Shown one piece after another: positions 52,761 through 64,000 of a stretch of 64,000 nt of DNA. The DNA comes from Epiperipatus broadwayi. Its lineage: Eukaryota; Animalia; Onychophora. The position numbers and the translations under genes are program-made. The notes under the pieces are model-generated. The model was given only the letters and a program-made list of their open reading frames with translations, did no database searches and had not been told where the DNA came from. The first letter of the stretch is position 1; the number at the start of each line of letters is the position of its first letter. Where the stretch lies: the NCBI GenBank assembly GCA_028023455.1, contig JAQFVV010000001.1:12710001-12774000 (forward strand), in the 5' to 3' direction.

Positions 52761-52993
52761 AATAAATTTGATACTGTTCTAACCTTAAATAAAAAAATAT
52801 AACTACTTTTTTGATATTGAAATCAAAGCAATAAACTGAAACAATACAAGGAAATTTAATAGCACTTTACAATGATTTTGAGAATAGATTTGAGGAATTC
52901 ATAAAAGGCCACATTTTAAATAAATTTCTTACAATTCTAGTTATCATTGATATCATGAATAATTATAATTTTTTAATTATATTACATTTTTTA

Positions 52994-53270
52994 CATCCTG
53001 GCTCCAATAATAAATTAGCCATACCGCTTGTGAAAAAGCAATTCGGCAGCCCTCAAACCACATTCCATGATTGAATGGAACACCTTCGGTGACATTGACG
53101 TGATTGACATTCCATTTCAGATGTTTGACAATGCCTTAATTTCATTAAAGCACCATAAAGACAGTTTTTCTGGGTGGGTAAAATATTTTTTTGGGTTGAA
53201 GGAAGGCCACTGCATCTGATTCTGTAGCAGGTAAATCTAAAAACTTCAACACCGAATGGTCATCTGCCAT
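52994..53270 (-). pseudogene. Degenerate N-terminus of a Merlin/ISXO2-like (IS1595 family) transposase
   Basis: MADDHSVLKFLDLPATESDAVAFLQ, then after a frameshift HGMWFEGCRIAFSQAVWLIYYWSQ, resembling the 'G.WF.GSR......LIY.W' segment of ISXO2-like proteins from memory. Confidence 0.45.
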
Positions 53271-55154
53271 TCAACTGTTTTGATCTCGAAAAAGTATCGT
53301 AAAGTGCACAACTTGATCGTGAACTTTGCCGAATTGTGATTTACACTCCTCATTTAGTGAATTGTGACCCCTGAGAATGAAAGTAGGGGCATTTGAGAAT
53401 TCATTACAATTTTTACTAACTCACATAAATTACAATACATTTAACCAACAAAGAAAAAAATCCATTCTAATATACTTTTCGTCATTACAACTACAGAAAA
53501 ATTCATATCATATGCTGTACAATAGTCACTACTAAAGAGTAATGTCTATAGAAAGTGTCTTTGGGTTTGAACAGTTTACAGGCTGTAAGATCTATGAGCG
53601 GCCTTGTAAACAGCATATTTCTTTGCTTTAGCATAGAAACAGTGCCATGGTGTGGATGATCAGATGATGTATTACCAGATATTGCTTCCTGGAAATAGAA
53701 CTTATTGAGCTGCAAGAAGATTGTATTTCATTTTTAAAAACTTGTGATATTAAATCACCTTAGGTTAAATAAATATTAAATAACATAGTATTTTTAGATA
53801 TATATGTAATTTAGCTAGAAGAAAATACCATTGACACATGCTCTATGCTATTTAATATTTATATCTATTGAAAATAATGTCCATTACTGCAGATCTTTAG
53901 AAATGAAATACTTTCTTTGTCCTGGAATTTATAATTCAAACCCTTAAAAATAAGTAGTAAGCTGATTTAAAAATCTAGTTGTTAAATTTACAATCTATTC
54001 CTAGCAATGTCAATGAATGTTGGTTTATATGGAAATAGGTTTTAAGTACTAATGACTGTCAATATGTTTAAAACATTTATTAATATAAAGTGTTGATTAT
54101 TTATAGTGCATGTATGAAAGATACTTTTCTTCCATCTAAATTAAAAACACTGCTATTTAATATTTATATAATCAATTATGTATTTAATATATTACAGAAT
54201 TATATTGTATAATATTATAAATAAGTGCATTTAAATACATTGGATAGCTTATTATCTCTCTTAGACATAAATGTTAAATAATAACCAAATTTTTATTTGT
54301 GAACCATGACAACCAAATCAGGATACTCCTCTTCATGAACCAATCAAGTTTCAACATCATTAACCCCAGCTTCAATATTATTTATATTTAACATATTCAT
54401 TTACTTTGCACACTGTATAAAAGATGAAATCTATATTCTCACTTGTAATTAAAAATGGCTTGATCTACCTAATGAAGAAAATTCCCCTGAAACTGTTATG
54501 CATGCCTTTTATAATCATAGCTAACAATTTAGAATTTTATTATATAATTTATATTTTAGTTAAATAATTAAGTAATATAGGATACTTAATTACTTTCATT
54601 CATAATGTATTAAATATGAATAAGGATCTCATAGCATCTCAAAACAAAGCCCTGAACAAAAGTTAATTTATAAATTTGAGCAAGTACAATTAGCTAAATC
54701 ATAAGAATTATTAGTGTGAAGTTGCAGGTTTCAAAATGTTAATTAAAACAGAAATTATCTCATAGCAAAATGAAAGCATAAAGAGCACACTTTATGGCAG
54801 TAAACACAATTATTATTGAGTTCAATGGCATGTAATATATAAAAAAGTAATATCATGATGAAAGCAAAGGTAATGTAGTGTAAGTGACTAATTGGTCATG
54901 AAATGCTTTATTGGAATAATGCCACTTCTGATTTAAAAAATAAAGATCTCTAAGGTTATAAAAATTTAAGGCCATTATAATTTATAAAAACAACTGATTC
55001 AGATCTACATAACTATACAATAAATAGACTTGGATTTTAAAAAAAACAAACAAGTTTTTTAGTTTGGTCTGGTAGCTTGATAATATAGCAAAAAGGTAAA
55101 AAAAATGACTACTAGAGGGAAAGTAGATTAGATTCAAAGGTCCAAGTACTCTAT

Positions 55155-55340
55155 TCAAAAAATCCAAAACCTCCTTATTAATAAAAGCCATAAGCTAGAG
55201 ACTAGTCTGGAAATATTCAAGTAGGATAGATCTGAATAGGAATTTATTAAGCACTAAATATCACATGATCACTATCTCATACTAGCACACTATACATCTG
55301 GTGTGTATTGATTACTAAAACTTACACTAGATGGCACAAA
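55155..55340. mobile_element. Old family A relic with destroyed HHR core
   Basis: CTCCTTA-TTAATAA-A-AGC-CATAA-GCT-A-GAGA-CTAGTC-TGGAAA, followed by rearranged CACATGATCAC and ATTGATTACT segments. Confidence 0.6.
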
Positions 55341-58300
55341 AGTGGTGAAAATGGAAAATTATGCTAATAAATATATGAATATTATTAGTAAAATTATAAA
55401 AGGCTATGTGCATGTATGTAACATGCGCATTGTTTGACAAATATACGATTTCTAATTTTTTTTACATTTACTAGAATGAGAAAAGGATAATAATATTATA
55501 TAATAGTTAATTGTTTAATGTAGGTGAAAGAGATTCATTACAAAGGTTATTTGTTTGTTGAATAAATTATGATTAAATATTACATGAAAGTAAATTATAT
55601 TTATTTTGAAAATGTAAATAAAAACATTGTGAAAATTCACGTTGTAAAAAAAAATCTAATTTATACATTATTATTAAATGATTATTAATTGTGAAAAATT
55701 AAAGAAGACAATATTTTTTTATATATAAAATTGATTAAATTAAATGAATAAACAACTGAATTAATTATCAGGCAATTAAAGTTTTTTTTTTTTTTAGAAA
55801 ATAGATTAATGAAATTTAAGATAAGTAGTAAAAACTTGTGGTGCAGGTTAGTGGGTTGTATATGTGAGTATATATTGTAACGATTAAACAGCTCAATTCT
55901 TAAGTCAGTCATAATATAGTAAAAAGGGGGGGGGGGTGAGAGAATAAAATAAAAGAGAAAAGTTAAGCAATTATTTCAAGATTTTTGAATTATATATTTT
56001 TTAAAGAATAAATGTCTCATAATCATTTGTGCATGCATTTATTATGCATAAATAGTTGATGAAGGCTGCAATACATTTTTTTTCCTTTTGTTTTCAATTT
56101 TCGTTGTTATTATTATTATTATTATTATTATTTATGACACATTTATATTTCATATTTTGTTTAAGTTGTTGAGAAGGCAATGCTAGTAATAAGAAAAGAA
56201 GTGATAAATGAATTATATTGAATATATATTATAAACAATGTTAATAAAATCACCTAAAGGTGTGTGTATAGATTTGTTTGTAAAGAAACTGGAAAATGGT
56301 ATTTGTAATTATATATATATATATTTTATATCCACATTAAAATTTTTTTATTTCATTTTAAAATAATAATAATTATCATCATCATTATTATTATTGTTAT
56401 TATTATTATTTTAAATATTTTATGTCATTAATTGGATACTAAGATGTTCGAAAAAGAAGTTGAAAAGGATTATCGTTCAATGTGACTTAGGATATTGAAT
56501 GTTTTAAAAATACTATAGAAATAGTTTACATAAAAGGAGAAATGTGAGGAGGGGTCATGGATATTATTATTGTTACCAGTATTATTCTAGATTTATTTTT
56601 AGATAGTTTAATAAAATTTTCTTTGTTAATTTTGCATATTTAAAACAAAGAAAATCCATTTATGATTCATATAACTATGAAGATGCATGAGTAAACAACT
56701 CGCTAACCGAGGTTTTGCTCCTCTTATTATTATCTATCGAAGTACATCAGTTAGAGATTAGTAACATTAAGATGCATATATGAAAGAAGAATCACAGTCC
56801 CCTTCCCTGAAGAAAAGAATCAATAACATGACTTAAAAAAGCATTTCCAAAACTTCTAATGAATTTTACTGGTTCATCCTGTCTACCATTCCTTAAAAGT
56901 AAATATTTCATGACTAAATGAAACGATTCCAGATCTATGTATTCTGCCATTAAGTTTATTGTTGACTGCCCTAATTGCAGTCATCCTAACTTGAAAACTG
57001 ATGCAGTGACTCTCAAAAATATTTTTGTTGTTAAATAAAAAAAAAAAAAGAAAATATAAGAGAAAGGTCAAATGGTTGTAATTGGTATTTAAACTAAGGT
57101 ATATATACACACATATATATTATTTCTTTAGCATTTATTCATAGAAAGACGTAAGTTGAAAGCACAAATACCAATTTTTTTTTATGATTCATAACACACA
57201 TGTACTTATTATATAAAATAGATGTATTAAATTAAATCTATAATAGAATATATTTGGATACAGATTATTTAAGTTGTTAAATTCTCTCATTATTAGCCAC
57301 ATGTATTTTTCAGTTACTTATGACTCATAATAATTATTTTGATAAAGAAATATATTAAAAAAGTGAGCTTGCTTTTATAATATTTATATATTTCTTTTTG
57401 AGTAAGAACAACCTGTATGTAAAATCCTAGAGAATTCAAGAACCATTTTTCAATGCTTACTATGAAGGACTATTTCTTAGAGTAGTTATAATATTAGTTG
57501 CTGAATCCCTATTAAATGCCATGAAGTTAACTGTTGTACAAATATAGTGATTCTCTTGTCATATTTTTAAAAATGTCTTGTAGCTGAATAAAAGGGATCA
57601 ATCTTTAGGCATAGTTCATACTTAATTTTTTTTATTAAAAATATATAGTTCAAAGGAACATATAGGTCTTAATCTAAAGAGGATTTTTGTTGAGTCAAAG
57701 AATCAGCTTTATTCACCAAACAGTAGATTTCTGAATTTTGAATTATTTGATTATTATTAAGCTAAATTATTATCATCACGTATTGTTTAATGATAAATCT
57801 GACATGAACTTTATCTATAAGATATAAAATACATCCTGCACAAAAATATGAATAGTTTGTGTTATTCAATATATAATCTTCATAAATTGATTTTAAAAAA
57901 AGCCTGTGCGATGAAGTGGCTATTAATATTACTATTTTGTTTTATTGTCATTCTTATATATATTTATAAATAAAATGTGAACTAATTATTTTATTTAAAA
58001 AAAATGTCTTTGTTTATTTTTCTTTTATGACTTCATCACTTATCTATACTTGTGGGTAATAATATAATGCTTGATTTGATTAATTTATTCATTTTACCCC
58101 GAGAATATTGAAATGCTATTTTGATTACTTGTTTAAACTTTAATGAACAACCACATTATTGACTGATAGAGGATTAAGATATTAAAATAAATTATTTATA
58201 TTTATATATTTTTCAAATACAATACAGATTCAATAAAATGTCACCTTTGTTTCTGAATGATATTTAACAAGTAATTTTGAGCCACATTAATATATTTCTA

Positions 58301-59999
58301 ATAGTAATTTTGAAATTAGATTTTAATAAAATTGATTTATCCCTTTCTTTATAATTAAGATTTTGACTTATCCAGTTCATGCAATTTTATATACAAAAGT
58401 TAGCCTATTTTTCATATTATTTATTGTTAAAATTTGGCATATGAACAGCAAAGTCCCTTTCCACACATTTAGTTTGGCACTTCACTTCATGGGTTATAAA
58501 AAGCCTCTCTTTTATCATTTACTACGTTCCATATAGTTACAATATACATATATATTGCGCAGGCACTCATGTTCTGCACATACACATTGAATCAAGAGGT
58601 AAACAAACTTGTGTAATCTTATCGCATAAATACGCATTTTTTAAAGAAGAACATGGTTTAATATTTGGAAGTAAATAAATATTAATTGCTGTTAAAATAT
58701 AAGAAACAAAATACGACAAATTTAATAATGCATTCTAATTTTTTAAAATTTGTCAACTTTAATAAGTTGTTTTACTTTATAAGAAAGAACGAAAATACTT
58801 AATTCAAATATAATTTTGATTTTCAAAGGGATTGATTATCTTGTTTATTAAAGAGGTTAGTTAATTATAGATAATTAACTTGTTTTGTTAAAAAAAAAAA
58901 AGAAAAAATAATTGATTAGGTCGAAAATTAAGTTGGTTAATCTTCAAAATCAACCAAGTGCAGAAAAATTAACTGTTTTTTAAAAAATAAGTATTTGTTG
59001 TTGGATTTTGGATTATGTCATGAATTGAGAAAGAATTTAAAGTAATTGCCTTAAAAATTCCATGTAAGTTTTATTGTCACTTTAAGTTCTTTTCAATGGT
59101 TTAACTTAAGGCAAATCAAATTCTATTTTGCAATGGTATCACTGGACTCAGTGAAGTTAAGGAGAATAATAAAAGATTCACTTATCATAGCATTATAAAA
59201 AAAGCTTTACCACCTTATCGGGAATTTAAGACTAGCACTAGACTTAAATCACAATACCAGCTGAATAAATATTTCCGGTGAAACCTACTGTTGTAGAAAT
59301 TTTAGGAAGTCTGCTTAATGAAAGACTATTAAATCAACCATATGGTCCAGCCTTAGCTTTGAATGTCTTTTTCTCATTTAATAGATGCATCTGATCAACA
59401 GTATATATTTACTTTCATTGCTATGTATGGAAATGGGAATTATATAAAACAAGAAGAAAATGCTAAAATAGTAACATTAAAAAAGAACAAACTTTTCTAT
59501 GGACTAGTCATACTTCAAATAAGACAGATATGAAAAGAAATGAAATATCTGTTCAAAAAAGATAAGATTATCTCATCTGACAAAGGAAATACATTCTAAA
59601 GTAATCTAAAATTAATTTTTTGTATGTATGCAGAAAAGAAAGTAAAAAAAATAGTTTATATGCTCAAAAAAGTGTGCTAAAACAGTTCTACTTATTTTTA
59701 TTTTTTTGAGTGCAAATATTAAGATTAAAAGTACCTAGATGTGAACTGTATTTTTGTCTAATTCCATTCAGTAATGCATTTTTTTTAAAAAAAATTGATA
59801 TTACATTTATAAAGTGCTTTTGTTATTAGTGTTATCTATTGTTATAATATACTCATTTATGCTATATTCAAAAGTTTGTTAGTATTCATTATAACTTTTG
59901 TTTTCCTAAAATAATTTTGTTTTGTTAAAATTTTAAATCTTTGACTGTCTGTTTTATATTCTACACATCATTAATATTCTAAATTAAACTTCATTATTT

Positions 60000-61400
60000 A
60001 ATATGTGTGCCTGATTGTTGGATGCCAATTTATTAATTGCAAGCCTCATAACTAATTATTATGGAGGAAACAGCTAGCAAAACTTCTTATAGGACGAATA
60101 GTTAGATAACACTGTGATTAAATTTTGTTTGGAAATTGCTTACATGAATGTATGTACTTTTAAGTTTTAGTGAAGTATATATTTAGTCTTATACCCATTA
60201 TTGAATAATGTGTGGGATGTTGAGAATTGTGTGCTTTTAAAATTATTTTGATTCCGCATCTCTGGAATTTTTTTATTTCTTATTTTTATGATTTGTCTCA
60301 TCATCTGAGTTGTAGAATTTTTTAAATTTAAGTTTCCTTTTTTATATAATACTGATATGTCTTTCTTTTGAAAATATTTGTTTTATCCTCAGAGAATACT
60401 CCAGATGGTGATGTATTTAACAGGCTGGGGGTGAATGCTGATTTCTTTGACTTTACTTGGACTATAGAAGTAGATGGATTAATATTGTTTTAAACTCTTA
60501 ATTTCTTGATTTGTTATTTTTTAGCTTTGCAGTTATTAAAGTAAATATCCTTAGATAAATTGTTATTATTGGATTGCTCAAACTTATCTGTACTTTCATT
60601 ACATTCTAGTAACATGACATAATTATTCTCAATATGAGACTTTAAATTTATATTTCCTTAGGACATAACTTGAGACCATAAAAGAATAAGGATATAAAAT
60701 ACCTGTGGTCAATTCTATCAAGGAGTCCCAATTAGTACATTTATTTATTGGACAATTGGATGCAATGTACTCCAGTCAGTAACATTTAGAACAATCAGGT
60801 AATTTTCATTTGGTGTGCATTGAGCATATTTTGGAATTTATTAACAATGAAATATGTAACATATGTCTTCAGCTATTTTATTTATTTCCATTTTAAAATG
60901 AAAATCATAAACTGTTTGTTTGAATTATTTTATGGCCATTTTCAGTCAAGGCTTGTAATTTAAGAACAATTGCCATATTTTCAAGGCATTGGAAAAAGTT
61001 TGAGATCAAATCACATATGCGTATATATTATTCTTCAGAGATGATAACATTTGAGCCTTTGGAAACATAATAGATTTCATGTCTGTTTAACATTGGGATA
61101 AGATTTTCTGCTTTGATTTTGTTTTTCATTATTAAATATATAATTTTATCGATTAGACCTACTTTATCTAGACTGTTGATGTAATCTGAATAAGAAGGAC
61201 AAATAAATAAAAATTAATTCGATGTATCTATGGAATGAATAATAAAAAAAAAACATTGAAATTTTCACCATTCTTGCATTATTAAATGCTTTATACCAAT
61301 AGTTATTTAGTTTTTCAAAAATACTGACAGCTAATTTGAGGATTATTCTTTTTTGAATTTGTACTGTTCTATGAGTATTAATCATTTTTATTTTGTCTAT
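60000..61400 (-). pseudogene. Degenerate ORF1/gag-like region with a double zinc-knuckle relic
   Basis: Long stop-interrupted frame containing PDCSKCY*LEYIASNCPINKCTNWDSL (~60710-60800), consistent with a decayed CxxCxxxGHxxxxCP..CxxC, followed by Ser/Lys-rich sequence. Confidence 0.35.
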
Positions 61401-63349
61401 CCTTTCCTTATCATGGGAAACTTTGTTTCTTGTTAGTAGTTTGAGGCTACTATTTGCTGTTTTTTTTCCAGAGGTTTCTTAACTGTTGATTGTGATTTTT
61501 CATTGTCCATATGTATTTCTTTTATTGATATAATTACTATTTTGTCCTGCTTTCTGTAATGTTATCAATATCACCATTTTTGAAGTTAGTTTTTTATATT
61601 GGTTTTATCTTAGTATTGATCCTTTTGATATTGAAAAATTTTCAGAAAGTTTTCTAACAAATGTTGATATACTTGATCAGCAATTAGTCTATTAAAATTT
61701 TTTAAAAAGTCTAAACTTATAAGGTGATCCAAATAACAATCACTAAGATATATATAGGCACAGTTCTGATTTTAACTGTGGCATAACAATGAGATATTGC
61801 CATTGTATTAGTGTCATGAAAGCATTGCAAAAAAATGTTAAAGTTGCTTTAAAATATTTTGACATTATAATGGCAAGACACCAATTGATATGTTCTTTAA
61901 TTTTCTGAATAATGATAACATTAAATCTTCAACAATATAGCAGAAGAGGTAACTTTTTTAGAAAATTATTTTATAGTAAGTTTAAGAATGCCTTTTATAA
62001 GAAAGATAGACTGCATTGACACTATAAAGACATTCTAATGAGATTCAGTTACAATTGTTTTCATTGAAAGAATAAGACTAAGAATGTAACACAACAAAGA
62101 ACTAAATTTAAACAATGTGAGGAAGTCATTCAGGAAAAAAGACTGCAGCCAGAAAAAATAAGGATGCAGAATATCAAACGAACAGACTGAAAGAACAATA
62201 ATTAATGTATATGATCTTGTTTTTGTTTCAAGGATCAGTTTGTATATCCATCATAATATTCGTTTTTAAATTTTTTGATCTTTTTTGTTGCTTTCTTTTA
62301 TTCTAGAGTTAATATGGCATGATTGACTGATGATGAATATATATATATATATAATTATTATACCACATATTCTTGAAATTAGCATATTGCATGTTTTTAA
62401 AACCCATCAATAAAGACATCTGAAGAAGATAAAAGATGCCCAAGATAAATATTTATGCTGAACTGTCTTTTTCAGTTGGCTCACATCATAATCTCTTTAA
62501 AAAAACAGACATTCATTTTTATGTGAGTTCAAAATTTATATCTAAACTAGCAATGATACGATAATCTCTAGCCTAAAAAGTGACTGATAATAATCATTAA
62601 TGTTTTATCAAAAATGGATGAAGTCAAAGATATGAGTGCAAAAATTTCAATATTTGTACATCAAATTATAATATAATATATATATTATATAATGTTATTC
62701 TGTTGTTTTCAATAACATCTATAAATAATAATAATCTATGTGAAGTTAGACATTCTACAATAACTGATTTAAAAATTATGAAATATTTATGATAGCAGTT
62801 CACAAATTATAGACAAGATTATATCCCAAGGACTTAAAATCACACCTCACACCCTTCTTAAAAACATAAATATTTTTATCTCAGTGATAAGATTACCTTC
62901 TGGCTATACCTTGTTGAGCTTATGTTATCTTGGTTAATAACTATAAGGTCATATTAATTCACATTTTGTAAATGTTAAATAATATAGGTAAAATTATATG
63001 CTATTTATAAATAAGGTTACTAGTATCTTTATTAAAGTGAGTGAGTACTGGAATAACACCCGTTTAAAGTTTTCCATTTTATAACTAACTGGACAGTATG
63101 AAACCGATCATACAAGCACACACACACAAGCTAATACTAATTGACATCATCAAGCAATATTATGCAATGATTAAGTATTAAAATTTGATAACCATTGTTG
63201 CTAATTTGTTACTGCTTGCTATTATTACTTAACACAATTTATTCTGTAGTCTTAATATTAAGATTTAACGAACCATTTTCATTTATTAAATTGCATTATA
63301 AAATCATGATTTCTCTTAGAAGAGTTTTTATTTGATTTTATATAAAAGT

Positions 63350-63416
63350 AAAATTGCATCCAATAGTTTTATATATATATAAAATTACATCCAATAGTTT
63401 TATATATATAAAATTG
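63350..63416. repeat. ~30-bp tandem duplication
   Basis: AAAATTRCATCCAATAGTTTT(AT)n occurs twice, followed by AAAATTG. Confidence 0.85.
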
Positions 63417-64000
63417 AAAGAATTATAAATTACCTACTTTTTAAAAAAAAATCTAAAATTTCCATCTAAACAATAGATATTTTTGTTTTAAGATATAAAT
63501 CTATAATAAGTATATTTTATTATTCTAATTAAAATACAATAAGTTCGAAAGTGAATTCCTCCACACTAAAGTTATGTTAGAATATAAAGAAGAAGAAGAA
63601 TATTGAATATGTTGAAAATAATGATATTTTCATTTGTAAAAAGCTACTATGATGATTTCTGAATGGGTGTTTAGGCATCAAATTGTTGCTAATTTTGTTT
63701 GGATACAGCTGTAATGCTGTTTAATTTTGTTTCCCCCCCCCCCAGTATGGAGTTTTGTTTGGTAATTTTAATCCATTCTTTTTTATTTTGTACAGGTGAA
63801 CTGGTATCATGGTTTGCATGTTATGGAAAGAGATGTTGATAGAAGAATGATTTTGATATTTTGTGAAGGAAAGCAATCAGCAGAATAGCTTCTGACAGGA
63901 TTCAGAGAAGTAAAACAATTCTGATATGATCCAGAGAAGTAAAATATTTCAGAAAAAAAAAAAAAAACAAGTTTTAAAATATTTCCAAATAGCTCTTGTG

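Noticed and set aside
613-61385. Most short ORFs in the supplied track (e.g. 613-813, 5421-5618, 24611-24889, 32616-32819, 55685-55912)
   Set aside because: They have low-complexity F/L/I/K/N composition expected from ~70-75% AT DNA, or are antisense or off-frame to the transposon relics, and show no recognisable domains.
63796-63890. Strong plus-strand acceptor (TTTTATTTTGTACAG) and possible exon
   Set aside because: All frames stop soon after, there is no donor or recognisable peptide, and it lies at the window edge.

Overview
This is very AT-rich animal (probably arthropod-like) genomic DNA, with no prokaryotic operons and no CRISPR. The only recognisable host coding sequence is one 160-bp minus-strand exon (31968-32127) from the FH3/DID region of an INF2/form3/mwh-type formin. 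The rest appears intronic or intergenic and is filled with decayed mobile elements: Gypsy pol, an L1/Tx1 LINE, an RTE LINE, three copies of another CCHC-finger LINE, three tRNA-derived SINEs, hAT, Tigger-like and TA-flanked MITEs, a Merlin-like relic and a probable solo LTR. The standout is a set of non-coding repeats carrying type I hammerhead ribozyme (HHR) motifs. Family A is a ~454-nt monomer with a minimal HHR (palindromic stem III, GUC cleavage site, stem II covariation). It occurs at nine loci bounded by target-site duplications (TSDs) plus one old relic. Every A insertion is a head-to-head inversion, and eight of nine share two recurrent, staggered outer ends. Families B and C are unrelated in sequence but also carry HHR-like cores and form head-to-head inversions. 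One B copy (41289-41350) folds as a complete HHR in the same sense as the formin pre-mRNA. The overall picture fits non-autonomous Penelope-like elements (PLEs) or retrozymes; no PLE reverse transcriptase or GIY-YIG ORF was seen here. All alignments and folds were done by eye, so coordinates may be off by a few bases, and ribozyme activity is inferred, not shown.
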